64,000 nt of DNA from Mycoplasma sp. CAG:877 (GCA_000433455.1 HF992498.1:49922-113921); one strand, 5' to 3'. Positions 9,672 to 20,146 are shown, counted from the stretch's first letter. A program made the numbers and translations. The notes: generated by a model from the letters alone, not told the origin.

Positions 9672-11207
9672 TTAATTACTCGTAACTTTTCCTGTTTCAA
9701 CTAGTTTTTTTCTACACTTAGAAACATCTATATCGCCATCACTACCAATAATATTTTTTACTTTTTCTTGCCAATTACCAGCATGAATAATTCTATAACA
9801 AGAAGGATGATTAATAAGTTCTCTCTTAGATAAGTGTGACAACTCATAAAAAACATTAAAATTCATAACATAAATAGCATTATCTTTAGCAAGTCTACCA
9901 GTAGAAACATTTTCAAAATACTTATCTAAAATAACTTTCCCATTAGGATAAACATAAGCATAGTATCCATCAAATGTTTTTATTCCACGCAGTATTGAAT
10001 ATGGATCAGAAGACTCATATAAACTCTTTTTTTCTAAATAAAGATTAGCCAACTTCTCTTGTTGAGCCTTTTTCTCTTCTTCACTCAAATTAGAAGTTAC
10101 CTTAGAAGCAACACCTGCAAAAGTACTTTCAAAACTTCCCTTAGGTATTATTTCCCAATTAGCCGATAATTCTTTTAAATAGCCATCCATAAACTCTTTT
10201 ACTTCTTTTGGACTCATAGTTGAAAAATCAACTGACTTAAGTCTAACTATCTTTAAACTTGGATTACTAATTAATACTTTCTTATACTTTTCTAATAATA
10301 TTTTTGGAGTAACTGTAGTTACTTTTTTATTTTCACTATCAACAACATCTATAGAAACATCACTACCAATATTATTACCAAGTTCCAAAAAGTAATTAGA
10401 AACATAATATAAGTACTTTTGTTTATCTTTTTCTGGTACCAAAGTAACATATCTTAAATATCTATTAGCAACATATAGTTCAAATCTCTTTTGCTCTTTA
10501 TCACTAAATAATGTTAAGTCTATTGGATGTTCATGCATAAATGTAACTACTTCATCTATATGCATAGAAATAAATTCAAACAAATCGGCACATTTATTAG
10601 CAAACTTCCTAGGATTAACTTCAGAATTTGCTTTCTTTAAAAACTCATCAATCTGATCAGTATTTTCGAAACATTCTTCTAGCTTCTTTCTGGCCTCATA
10701 TTTTTCCCTCCAAGTAGAAGTATAACCATTAATAACATGATTATAATGTTGTGCTAACTTTTTACAATTAACTAATTCCTTATATTTATTATACAAATTA
10801 GGAAACTCTCTTTCCAATTTTTTCTCAGATGAAATATGTCTTAATTTCTTTATAGTATTTTCAAATATATTATCTTTATTAAATAAATCAAATAAATCTA
10901 CTATTTCTATGCCTTGTAAATTAAGTTCTGTAACAATAGTAGCCGCTAAAGCCTCTACTGAATAACAAATCTTCTTAGTTAAACAATCTCTTCCTTGCAC
11001 AACACTTAATGCCTGTACAATTCCAAACTCCGGACAATCTTCTATTTCACTCTTAAAATACAAATCAATTTCATCAATTACTTTTTTCAATGCTTTTATT
11101 GCTCTATCTTTATCATCACAAAGTTCTAAAAAATCAGTTGCAAACATAGTTATTTGAGCATCAATAGGAATTCCTTTATTAATTGTATCACTAACAATAC
11201 TATTCAT
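9672..11207 (-). CDS. Hypothetical protein, tandem paralog 2 (unknown family)
   Basis: 511-aa ORF, colinear with 8024..9652 over its full length. Confidence 0.5.
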   Translation of the reverse strand: MNSIVSDTINKGIPIDAQITMFATDFLELCDDKDRAIKALKKVIDEIDLYFKSEIEDCPEFGIVQALSVVQGRDCLTKKICYSVEALAATIVTELNLQGIEIVDLFDLFNKDNIFENTIKKLRHISSEKKLEREFPNLYNKYKELVNCKKLAQHYNHVINGYTSTWREKYEARKKLEECFENTDQIDEFLKKANSEVNPRKFANKCADLFEFISMHIDEVVTFMHEHPIDLTLFSDKEQKRFELYVANRYLRYVTLVPEKDKQKYLYYVSNYFLELGNNIGSDVSIDVVDSENKKVTTVTPKILLEKYKKVLISNPSLKIVRLKSVDFSTMSPKEVKEFMDGYLKELSANWEIIPKGSFESTFAGVASKVTSNLSEEEKKAQQEKLANLYLEKKSLYESSDPYSILRGIKTFDGYYAYVYPNGKVILDKYFENVSTGRLAKDNAIYVMNFNVFYELSHLSKRELINHPSCYRIIHAGNWQEKVKNIIGSDGDIDVSKCRKKLVETGKVTSN

Positions 11208-11281
11208 AATAATCCCCCTTTACTAGTTGCATATTATACCATTAAACCATAACATAGTCAAAAAAAGAAAGGTTACCCTTT

Positions 11282-11911
11282 CTAATCTATATAATTAGTT
11301 AATGTTTTCTTCTCCATCTTTGGAAACTCTATACCATTCTTCTTACCTAACTCAATACACTTTAATAACCAGGCCATATTATTACCAAGAACCCTCATAG
11401 TTTGTAATCCCTCTAAATCTTTTTCGGCATCCAAAGCATTAAAACCAAATACTCCATTCCAATAATTGCTTGAAACAATAGGCATACAAGAATAAGTAAA
11501 ATATTTATTTAGTCTATCAAAAGCACCAATCGTACCGGCTCTTCTACAACAAGCAACTCCTGCTGCTACCTTTCCTTTAAATAAATTACCTTTACCATAA
11601 AAAACTCTATCCATAAAAGAATTCATACTACCATTTACTCCCGCAAAATGAACTGGTGCTCCAAAGACAAAGCCATCAGCATTATCAACCTTTTCTAAAA
11701 ATTCATTAACTACATCATTATAAATACACCTTTTACTTTTAAAACACTTACTACAACCAATACATCCAGCTATAGGACTAATCCCTATCCAAAACATTTC
11801 TGTTTCAATTCCGTTTTCTCTAAGAGCCTTATCAACTTCTTCTAATGCTCTATTCGTAGTACCATTTTTATTAGGACTACCATTAACTAATAATACTCTC
11901 ATCTCAATCAC
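11282..11911 (-). CDS. Flavodoxin-like fold FMN reductase / iron-sulfur flavoprotein family
   Basis: VLLVNGSPNKNGTT.. is the NADPH-dependent FMN reductase N-terminal motif, plus a Cys cluster CIGCSKCFKSKRC. The start is GTG 11911 (GTGA overlap with the upstream stop) or ATG 11902. Confidence 0.65.
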   Translation of the reverse strand: MIEMRVLLVNGSPNKNGTTNRALEEVDKALRENGIETEMFWIGISPIAGCIGCSKCFKSKRCIYNDVVNEFLEKVDNADGFVFGAPVHFAGVNGSMNSFMDRVFYGKGNLFKGKVAAGVACCRRAGTIGAFDRLNKYFTYSCMPIVSSNYWNGVFGFNALDAEKDLEGLQTMRVLGNNMAWLLKCIELGKKNGIEFPKMEKKTLTNYID

Positions 11912-12477
11912 CCAATATATTTTTTATATAAATCTTTCAAATTTTTACTATTAATAACTTTATTAACACCATAGTTACTAACATCTGTATAAACCTTAGT
12001 TAATAAAAAATCTAATTTCGGATTAATTTTTGCTTTTTCTCTTTTTCTCATCCAATAATTAAGTTGATATTCCTTAGTCCAATGTCTTCCTTTATAAGTC
12101 ATTCCTGCTGCTAAAGAATCACAAACCATCTCGGCAAAATACTTATATGGCATAACTGGAGTTGCATCAGTAGTAGCATAATCATACCAATATTCATAAT
12201 GATGTTTATTTCTACCTTTATGATGTAACCAAGCATCAGAATAACCATTAACTTTTTTACAAGTAAGAATTGGACTGAAGTCCTTCGAAAAATACCTAGC
12301 TCCTTCTAAAAACTCAGTAAAAGAATACTTAGATAGATCATGTACTAATCCTCTCCAAGGAATACCTGCTCTAACACACAAACAAAATACTTTAAATCTA
12401 TGCCTATTAACTACATGCAAATGTCCAAAATACTTACTTATCGTTATCTTATACTCTTCTTTTTTTACCTTTGTCAT
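11908..12477 (-). CDS. Conserved hypothetical protein (DUF5662-like, HDLSK / HHKGRNKHHYEYW motifs)
   Basis: 189-aa ORF translationally coupled to the flavoprotein gene. The family name is from memory only. Confidence 0.4.
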   Translation of the reverse strand: MTKVKKEEYKITISKYFGHLHVVNRHRFKVFCLCVRAGIPWRGLVHDLSKYSFTEFLEGARYFSKDFSPILTCKKVNGYSDAWLHHKGRNKHHYEYWYDYATTDATPVMPYKYFAEMVCDSLAAGMTYKGRHWTKEYQLNYWMRKREKAKINPKLDFLLTKVYTDVSNYGVNKVINSKNLKDLYKKYIG

Positions 12478-12538
12478 ATACTACCACCTTCTAAAGTATA
12501 ACATAGAGCTAGAAAAAACAAAAATTTTTTCAAGATAA

Positions 12539-13999
12539 TTATCCAATTCCACCACAACTAACCTCATCAGTACTACCATTACCAGTACTAAGATTATAAA
12601 TGTATTCCTTACAGTTTTCTGTATCTTCAACTAGATGAAATTGAAAAAACAATTCTCCATTATTTTCTATCATAAAATTAAGTTTACCTAAACCAGTATC
12701 ATCACCAAAATCAAATATAACTTTACCACTCATATTTACTAATACAATTCTATTCTCTTTATTAACTAATACATAATTACCATTAGTAACTCCATATACA
12801 TTATTATATTTTTTATCAACTACTATCTTTCCATCTAAATCATATATAACTCCATTTAATCCATACTCAACACTAGCATATAAATAATCTCCTACTTTAC
12901 TAATATTCGAATAATTAAATGGTATAACTTCTTTTCCACTAGTATAATCAATCACACCATATCTTTGACCCTTATAAACAATAATTAAATTATTTCTAAC
13001 TGGAATAACTACTTCCATTGGTCCAGCAGTACCATTATTACTACCATTAGAAAATCCATCATAACTAGCTGCTACTACTACTTTTCCTGTATTTAAATTA
13101 TATATTCCCCACTTATTATCTATAAGTACAGCCAAATACCTAGTATCATAATTATCTTTATTTTTAAAAGGTAAAACTGCCTTATATGAAACATTTTCTA
13201 ATATTTTCTTATTAGTAACATAATTTTTTAATTGCATATAATAATCACTAGTTTGATATAAAACATATTGTGTATTTTCAAACAAAGTAGCATTCTGATA
13301 AATTCTACCACAATCAACTACATATATATCATAATCTTTAATATTAGTTGGCTTAGTAAGAGTAGCTTTTCCTGTACTCTTATTAATATAAACATTAATT
13401 TTAGTATTATCCTCAACTATCTCAGTAGGTTCATTAACTTGTCTCTTCTCTCCATAAGAATATTTAGTCCTCTTGCCATTCAAAGAACAATCACTTAAAT
13501 AGACTTTTCCATCATCATAAATCTCATGTATAGAGCAACTAATATCGTCATCTACTTTTATCAATTTTAAAGCCTCGTCATAACTCAACAAAGTATTATT
13601 TTTTTTATAATAATCAGAAATAACCTTTTCAACTTTTTCCCCATAATTTTCAATTTTCTTTTTCTTTTCTTTATCACTTAACTCATTCTGATTATAAACA
13701 TCATCTTTAATTTTTTCTTTATCCTTATTCTTTTTAATATCTAAACATAACCAAAACAAAAGAAGTAAAGCTATTAAACAACTTAAAATAATAATTATTT
13801 TCTTCTTACGTTTATTTTTATTATTTTTATCAGCATCCACCTCTTGATCATTAATTATAGCTTCTTCCTCTAATACTTTATCATCACCAACTAGAGTACT
13901 ATCATCAACTATATCTTCATTAACGCTTTCAAGTTTCTCATCTGATATATCAGTAATAGTATCAATTTCTTTAGTTTTTTCTAAATCATCTTTATCCAT
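12539..13999 (-). CDS. Membrane-anchored WG-repeat (KWG-like) protein
   Basis: Acidic N-terminus, TM (IIIILSCLIALLLLFWLCL), then repeated WGIYN / YGVIDYTSGKEVIPFNY / NGVIYDLDGK blocks typical of WG repeats. The start is set at ATG 13999 behind GAGGTGA. Confidence 0.6.
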   Translation of the reverse strand: MDKDDLEKTKEIDTITDISDEKLESVNEDIVDDSTLVGDDKVLEEEAIINDQEVDADKNNKNKRKKKIIIILSCLIALLLLFWLCLDIKKNKDKEKIKDDVYNQNELSDKEKKKKIENYGEKVEKVISDYYKKNNTLLSYDEALKLIKVDDDISCSIHEIYDDGKVYLSDCSLNGKRTKYSYGEKRQVNEPTEIVEDNTKINVYINKSTGKATLTKPTNIKDYDIYVVDCGRIYQNATLFENTQYVLYQTSDYYMQLKNYVTNKKILENVSYKAVLPFKNKDNYDTRYLAVLIDNKWGIYNLNTGKVVVAASYDGFSNGSNNGTAGPMEVVIPVRNNLIIVYKGQRYGVIDYTSGKEVIPFNYSNISKVGDYLYASVEYGLNGVIYDLDGKIVVDKKYNNVYGVTNGNYVLVNKENRIVLVNMSGKVIFDFGDDTGLGKLNFMIENNGELFFQFHLVEDTENCKEYIYNLSTGNGSTDEVSCGGIG

Positions 14000-14075
14000 A
14001 CACTCACCTCTATACTTAAAGTATAACAAGACAATCAATACTTTTCCAATAAAAAAATGTAGAAATATCTACATT

Positions 14076-14741
14076 TTACATTAACTGCCCATACTGATTA
14101 AAATACTGATTACTACTCATATTACCATTCATTATGTTAGCTGTATTAGTATTAGTACTATTATTCATGTTATTAGTACTATTATTATTCATGCTCTTCT
14201 CATAGTAATCAAATAACTCTTTAAATCTTGCATAATGAACAATTTCTCTTTGTCTTAGCCATAACAATGGTCCTATAACATCTGGATCATTCGTTAAATC
14301 TATCAAATTTTCATAAACCGCCCTTGCCTTTTGTTCAGCAGCCATATCTTCTGATAAATCAGCAAGTGGATCTCCAGTAGATGCAAAGTATCCTACTGTA
14401 AACGGAACACCATTCGCATCTGTTGGATATAATGAATGAGCATGTTCTGCATAATGGGTATCAAGTCCTGCTTCTTTTATCTCCGCAAGAGTAGCATCCT
14501 TCATTAATTGATAAATCATTGTAGAAATCATCTCTACATGAGCTAACTCTTCTGTTCCTATATCAGTAAGCAAAGCTTTTCCTCTCTCATCTGGCATTGT
14601 AAATCTTTGATTCAAATAACGAAGAGCAGCTGCCAATTCACCATTCGCACCACCATATTGTGTAACCAAATACTTTGCCATTCTTAAATCTTTTTTCTTA
14701 ATATCAATTGGATATTGTAATCTCTTATTATAACTAAACAT
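14076..14741 (-). CDS. cotJC: Spore coat protein CotJC (manganese-catalase-like)
   Basis: YPIDIKKKDLRMAKYLVTQYGGANGELAAALRYLNQRF..TEELAHVEMI is the CotJC/Mn-catalase signature. ATG 14741 lies behind GGAGGA and overlaps the cotJB stop by 8 nt. Confidence 0.8.
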   Translation of the reverse strand: MFSYNKRLQYPIDIKKKDLRMAKYLVTQYGGANGELAAALRYLNQRFTMPDERGKALLTDIGTEELAHVEMISTMIYQLMKDATLAEIKEAGLDTHYAEHAHSLYPTDANGVPFTVGYFASTGDPLADLSEDMAAEQKARAVYENLIDLTNDPDVIGPLLWLRQREIVHYARFKELFDYYEKSMNNNSTNNMNNSTNTNTANIMNGNMSSNQYFNQYGQLM

Positions 14742-15171
14742 TATTAATATCCTCCCATGGCCAAGGACCATTAATCCATTTAAATGGACCATTCTCTAAA
14801 CTATTACTAACAATATTTAATGGACCAAACTTAACTTCATATTGTGAAATTAATTCATTTGCTGACTTTCTATAATCATTAAATAAAGTTAACATAGACT
14901 CATCATTTGGATATAAATCTAAATATAAATTAAGATCATGTGCCGCAAAAGATATTCTTCCTATCTCTAATAGCATCTTCTCTTTCTCAGTATTTCCAGA
15001 TAATTGAGCCGGTCTATAATTTTTATACTGACTATATAGATTAGTAAACATATTACCATTATTGTAACCATCACTAGGTGAAAATAAAGAACTATTTCTA
15101 TTAAAACTACGCATAGAATTCATTCTCATCTTTTGATACATAGTATCATTTAAATAATCATAGTTATACAT
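14734..15171 (-). CDS. cotJB: Spore coat protein CotJB with an N-terminal CotJA-like extension
   Basis: LLEIGRISFAAHDLNLYLDLYPND..LFNDY is the CotJB core. About 60 extra N-terminal residues include GNMFTNLYSQYKNYRP. Confidence 0.7.
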   Translation of the reverse strand: MYNYDYLNDTMYQKMRMNSMRSFNRNSSLFSPSDGYNNGNMFTNLYSQYKNYRPAQLSGNTEKEKMLLEIGRISFAAHDLNLYLDLYPNDESMLTLFNDYRKSANELISQYEVKFGPLNIVSNSLENGPFKWINGPWPWEDINNV

Positions 15172-15314
15172 AATATCTCCTTTCTCTTTAATTTATGATT
15201 AACTAGGTATTAATGTATAGATAAATACCCAAATTATGAAAAAAGGAATAATTAATAAAAAAGCCTTGCTTTTTTTCTATATCTATAATAAAATAAAGAA
15301 GTCAAATGTGACAT

Positions 15315-15391
15315 GGCGCCGTTGGTGAAGTGGTTAACACGCTAGTTTGTGGCACTAGTACGCAAGGGTTCGATTCCCTTACGACGCCCCA
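15315..15391 (+). tRNA. tRNA-His (anticodon GTG) with encoded G-1 and 3' CCA
   Basis: Folded by hand. The anticodon stem is CTAGT/ACTAG with loop TTGTGGC (anticodon GTG). The T arm is AAGGG-TTCGATT-CCCTT. The acceptor is GCGCCGT/ACGACGC (one C-A mismatch), with an extra 5' G opposite C73 and then CCA. Confidence 0.85.
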
Positions 15392-15406
15392 TATTTTAAA
15401 ATAAAA

Positions 15407-15431
15407 GCTAATCAAAACGATTAGTTTTTTT
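15407..15431 (+). terminator. Rho-independent terminator after tRNA-His
   Basis: CTAATC-aaaac-GATTAG followed by TTTTTTT. Confidence 0.6.
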
Positions 15432-15600
15432 GTTATATAAAATACTACTTTAATTAAAAGACTGTAGAGAACATCACTTAGTAGAAAAATTTAAAAGGAA
15501 GAGTTTATCTCTTTTTTTGTTTTATATATTTTCAATTTAGGTATCCATTATTATCAATATTAACATCCATAAATATAATATATTGAAAGGAGATATATTT

Positions 15601-15744
15601 ATGATGTACGGATATCCAGCATACAATTATAACGAATCCAATGGCACAAACTGGTTTTGGATTATAATTATTATTCTAATTATTTTCTTTGTTCTATTCT
15701 GGAACACAGGTAATGGTAACTCTAAAAACAATTGTTGTCACTAA
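15601..15744 (+). CDS. 47-aa small hydrophobic peptide, YjcZ-like sporulation peptide candidate
   Basis: Not in the ORF track (below its size cut-off). AAAGGAG lies 8 nt upstream of the ATG. The peptide is MMYGYPAYNYNESNGTNWFWIIIIILIIFFVLFWNTGNGNSKNNCCH, with a Gly/Tyr/Asn-rich head and a single TM. Confidence 0.45.
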   Translation: MMYGYPAYNYNESNGTNWFWIIIIILIIFFVLFWNTGNGNSKNNCCH

Positions 15745-15758
15745 AAAAGGAGTACTAT

Positions 15759-16607
15759 CTAAAGTACTCTTTTCTCTTGTCTTAACAAATAAGCTTTATA
15801 AGTATTATAACCAAGTTCTAAAACAGTCATCTGTCCAACACCACCAGGTACAGGAGTAATATATGAACACTTTGAAGAAACCCCATCAAAATCTACATCC
15901 CCACATAAACTACCATCTTCTAATCTATTAATTCCAACATCAACAACAACAACCCCATCCTTAACCATATCACTAGTAATTAATTTAGCCTTTCCAACAG
16001 CAACAACTAAAACATCTGCATTTTTAGTAATATCTTTTAAATTCTTAGTCTTAGAATGACACAAAGTAACAGTCGCATCACTATTTATCATAACCTCAGC
16101 CATCGGTCTACCAACTAAATCACTTCTACCAACAATAGCAACATTTTTACCTGCAACATCAATATTATAATACTTTAATAATTCCATTACTCCAAGTGGT
16201 GTACAAGGTATTAAACAATTCTTTTTATGAACAAGCATTCCCATATTAATATCGGTTAAACCATCGACATCTTTTAAAGGACTAATAGCATTTTGTATAA
16301 TTCTAGAATTTAAATGTTTCGGAAGCGGCATTTGTACTAAAATACCATCAACATTATTATCTCTATTAAGCTCATCAATAATCTTAAGAATCACTTCTTC
16401 TCTAACATCTTCTTCTAACTTTATATGATTAAAATTAAACCCCAAATTACTAGCCATCTTAGACTTTTGTTTAACATAAATATTACTAGCAGAATCATCT
16501 CCAACTTGAATAACCGTTAAACCCAAAGGTCTATCCAATTTTAAAACTTCATTCTTTAACTCTTCTAACTTAATACGTTTTACTTCTTTTCCATCTAATA
16601 TTTGCAA
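15759..16607 (-). CDS. folD: Bifunctional methylenetetrahydrofolate dehydrogenase/cyclohydrolase FolD
   Basis: ILDGKEV.., GKNVAIVGRSDLVGRPMA and TPVPGGVGQMT motifs. The start is set at TTG 16607, behind GAGGTGA; the track ORF runs to 16673. Confidence 0.85.
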   Translation of the reverse strand: MQILDGKEVKRIKLEELKNEVLKLDRPLGLTVIQVGDDSASNIYVKQKSKMASNLGFNFNHIKLEEDVREEVILKIIDELNRDNNVDGILVQMPLPKHLNSRIIQNAISPLKDVDGLTDINMGMLVHKKNCLIPCTPLGVMELLKYYNIDVAGKNVAIVGRSDLVGRPMAEVMINSDATVTLCHSKTKNLKDITKNADVLVVAVGKAKLITSDMVKDGVVVVDVGINRLEDGSLCGDVDFDGVSSKCSYITPVPGGVGQMTVLELGYNTYKAYLLRQEKRVL

Positions 16608-16690
16608 GGAAATCACCTCATAAGAATTATAAGATAAAATTATCAATAAGTAAATGAAAAAGACAAAGAACAACTTCTTTGTCTTATAAA

Positions 16691-19600
16691 CTAATTAGTA
16701 GAAACCACATATGGACTAGTCACACTTCCATCTCCAGATACTAAAATTAGACTTCCCTTCAACGTAATAACAGGTCTAATATAATTACTAGAATTTATAG
16801 AAACAGTACTATTCAAAGTTCCAGTTGCCTCTACAACAAATTGTCCAATCGAAGTACCAGTTAAACTGCTTGGACTCATAAGCCAGTATTTACTACCAGA
16901 AGCCCTAACTTTGTTATTCCCAAGTAAATTAGCCTCTGCCCCCGATAATAAGCCAATTGGATACTTTAAAGGTGCCACACTATTACTAACACTAAATCTA
17001 TCAGCTTCATTTGAACAAAGCAAACTTGTATTAGAAGTACCATTGAACGTTAAAAGAGAATACAAATTACCACCATTAGGATCAAAACCACCTAAACTCT
17101 TAATACTTCGATCATTACAATAAACAGTATCAGCTAAATAACTTGTATAACTGCTAAGACTATGTGCATACCATGACTCAACAAGTTGTTTAATAATAGA
17201 ATCCTTACTATTAGTAGTACTAGAATTAAACATATTAACTAATGCACCAGAAATATTCTCTCCATTATTAAGTTTTATAGAATAGATATAATTTCCATTT
17301 GCATAATATACATAATAAACAGAACTACATTCATCACCAGCAGTAAAGCAAGTATAATGAGTATTATTTACTTTTGAAATATTAGAAGTATCATATAAAC
17401 CAATATTAGTAACAGTACCACTAAGTTTATATTTACCATTACTATAAGTAACAGAACTAGAAAATTTAGGAATTTTAGAAATAGGTGAAAAAGCTAAGTA
17501 ACTTTGATAATTACTAACAGTTAAACTACTACCACCAGAACTTAAATTATAAAATAATGAACTAACCCTATTAGTATTAATTAATCCCCCATTCTTATAA
17601 CCATCATAACTAGTACTGTTATAGTTACCTTCTCTTATCTGTAAATCCTCTCCAAAATACTTTCCTTTATAATCTGAATAACTATAATAAAAATCTCTTT
17701 TTGTTATAAGTGTTGGATTAGTAATCTTATAAGTGCCATCATCATTAATCGTATAACCATCTCCATAAACATAAAAATCATCCATAGTTTGACCATCAGT
17801 TAACTCTATATAATAGTAATAAGAATTAGTCATATCATTTTCATCAATATTTATTCCAATCATATATCTAACAACAGAAGGATTATCATCAGAAACTACA
17901 TAATTATGTACAAGTGATTTCCTGAAATCATCACCACCAACCTCCCAAAAATAACGAGGATTACCAGAACAACTATAAGTCTTAGTAGAAGTATCATAAG
18001 TAACTGTTTCACAATAAGTACCAGTGCTAAAATCTATCTGCTCTTTTTTTATTTCAATATTTGAAATCTCATATGTATTACCAGGATAATTACCATTATA
18101 CATATAACCCATTTCCGAATTATAACCATATAAATTATTAAATATTGATGTACCAATCGAATTATAAATATCAGAACTCTTAATAGCAACAGCATAAATC
18201 TTTGAATCTTCAACATATAAAACCTGATACAAAGTACTACAAGACACTGCTTTATGTGAATTTAGACATGTATATGTACCAATAAGTGAAGAAGGATTAG
18301 AAGTATCAACTGTGACTAAATCGCCAGCAACTTTAAAGTTCTTTAACGTCTTATTATAACTATAATCTGTAGAATACTTATGTTTAGCATTTAAAGTAAT
18401 TTCTTCAATACCAGAATAATTAGGATGATTTTTTCTATCAGTTCCACAACCATCATTAGAATCAACCTCACCATTATAAATCATTCTAACATCACCAGTA
18501 TCAGTAGTTCTAATCATCTGCCAACACATACCAGCAAACACAACATTATTTTTACTAAGTACCGTTGTACCATCAGTATCATTACTAGCTGTATAATAAT
18601 AAATCTTACTACTACCAGAACCATCTACACTGTCTTGATGTTTACCAGTATACTCTTTAGCAACACCACCATTAGAAACTTCATCTCTTAAAACTCCATA
18701 CAAAGTAGCTTTTTCAGCAATTGTACCTTCTGCAGATTTATTTAAACTAGCCTTAGCCCAAGTAGCTTTATATGTAACCTCCTTATATGGCATAGTAAAT
18801 GAACCATCATTATTAATAATTACATTAGAAGTAGTAAGTTTCCACCCTTTAAATATATATCCACTACATTTAGGAACAACAGTTGTTGGCCTAACTATAT
18901 TATATATACCAACAACATCAGAACTAGGCATATTACTAACCACACATCCAGACGGTGCATTACTATCATAATTAACTTTAAATCCTGTTGCTAGAGTTGG
19001 AGAATTAACATCAGTAACCTCTTCTTCCCTTCCAGCATAAGAATAATTAACAATAGTTGTATCAGAAATAGGAATAATATCGCCAACTGTATACTCATTA
19101 GAAACATTAAAATAAACAGTCATTCTAGCACTTGCCCCAGCAACAAATTGTGAACTATCATTCAAATTCCACTCAACAGAATATTCACTATCTATAGTAG
19201 CAACTCCTCTAGTAGTCTCTACCTTATCAACAGTAAATGGAGCCTTAAAATAATCATTCAACACAAAATTATCATAAAAACTATCATTTCCACAACCTAA
19301 GTAAACATTATTAAGAATATCCCACACATTATTTTTATTAGTAACTATTTGTTCATCGCTAATATTTGCAACAGCAGGTACAACTGCATCTCCCATTTCA
19401 TATTGTATTGCTAAAAATGAAAGTTCTGGATATTTATCCTTTAAATCAAGATATGTACCAATTTCTTTTGGAGAATCAACCATTGGCTTACCATCAGTTA
19501 CAAAAATAACTTTAACATACTCTGCCCCATCAGAAGTATAATTATTCATAAAATCTAAAAGAGCCTCCATTGCTGCATAATAACTTATCTCCTTATTAGC

Positions 19601-20146
19601 AGTTGCAGAAGTAGAAAGAAAATTATCAAGTACTGTATTACTACCATTCTCATCATTTGTAAAATCAGTTAAAATTTCCGCCTTATCATTAAATCCAATT
19701 ACAGCAACCCTATTATTTATATTATTATAGTGATGCATATTATTAAGCAATGTTTTAAGCGGAGCTGAAAATGATGCATCATGCTCATTTAAAGACCCAT
19801 CAACAACTAATACATAATCAACAGGTAGAGAAGTTTCACTAGGATTAGTTTTTAAATCATAAACAACCTTAGCTTTATTTTTAGAAATCCAACTAGCTGT
19901 TCTAGTAATCTTCCAAGCACCACTCTCTCCACTATCATAATTAATATTACTAGATGTAAACGAAGTAGTCTCTACTGGTACTTCTACTGCAAAAGAATTA
20001 GAAATAAATAAAATTAAAACACATATAGTAAAAATACCCAAAAATGAAATTTTAAACTTGTTCCCACGCAAAAGATAAGTCACTTTCTTAATTGACTTTT
20101 TTATTTTTTCAATATACTTCTTAATGTTAAAATTATTCTTATCCAT
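16691..20146 (-). CDS. Giant surface protein: N-terminal TM/signal, VWA domain, List-Bact (InlB B-repeat-like) repeat, long C-terminal region
   Basis: VWA-like VDYVLVVDGSLNE..VIFVTDGKP; the repeat is CSGYIFKGWKL..FTMPYKEVTYKATW. The C-terminal YWLMSPS..NYIRPVITLKG motif is shared with 30147..33098. Confidence 0.65.
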   Translation of the reverse strand: MDKNNFNIKKYIEKIKKSIKKVTYLLRGNKFKISFLGIFTICVLILFISNSFAVEVPVETTSFTSSNINYDSGESGAWKITRTASWISKNKAKVVYDLKTNPSETSLPVDYVLVVDGSLNEHDASFSAPLKTLLNNMHHYNNINNRVAVIGFNDKAEILTDFTNDENGSNTVLDNFLSTSATANKEISYYAAMEALLDFMNNYTSDGAEYVKVIFVTDGKPMVDSPKEIGTYLDLKDKYPELSFLAIQYEMGDAVVPAVANISDEQIVTNKNNVWDILNNVYLGCGNDSFYDNFVLNDYFKAPFTVDKVETTRGVATIDSEYSVEWNLNDSSQFVAGASARMTVYFNVSNEYTVGDIIPISDTTIVNYSYAGREEEVTDVNSPTLATGFKVNYDSNAPSGCVVSNMPSSDVVGIYNIVRPTTVVPKCSGYIFKGWKLTTSNVIINNDGSFTMPYKEVTYKATWAKASLNKSAEGTIAEKATLYGVLRDEVSNGGVAKEYTGKHQDSVDGSGSSKIYYYTASNDTDGTTVLSKNNVVFAGMCWQMIRTTDTGDVRMIYNGEVDSNDGCGTDRKNHPNYSGIEEITLNAKHKYSTDYSYNKTLKNFKVAGDLVTVDTSNPSSLIGTYTCLNSHKAVSCSTLYQVLYVEDSKIYAVAIKSSDIYNSIGTSIFNNLYGYNSEMGYMYNGNYPGNTYEISNIEIKKEQIDFSTGTYCETVTYDTSTKTYSCSGNPRYFWEVGGDDFRKSLVHNYVVSDDNPSVVRYMIGINIDENDMTNSYYYYIELTDGQTMDDFYVYGDGYTINDDGTYKITNPTLITKRDFYYSYSDYKGKYFGEDLQIREGNYNSTSYDGYKNGGLINTNRVSSLFYNLSSGGSSLTVSNYQSYLAFSPISKIPKFSSSVTYSNGKYKLSGTVTNIGLYDTSNISKVNNTHYTCFTAGDECSSVYYVYYANGNYIYSIKLNNGENISGALVNMFNSSTTNSKDSIIKQLVESWYAHSLSSYTSYLADTVYCNDRSIKSLGGFDPNGGNLYSLLTFNGTSNTSLLCSNEADRFSVSNSVAPLKYPIGLLSGAEANLLGNNKVRASGSKYWLMSPSSLTGTSIGQFVVEATGTLNSTVSINSSNYIRPVITLKGSLILVSGDGSVTSPYVVSTN

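Noticed and set aside
16911-18691. Plus-strand ORFs (70 and 88 aa) inside the 1151-aa VWA gene, and similar ones at 31389-31818 inside its paralog
   Set aside because: They are antisense shadow ORFs in AT-rich coding DNA. They have no RBS and their composition is implausible.
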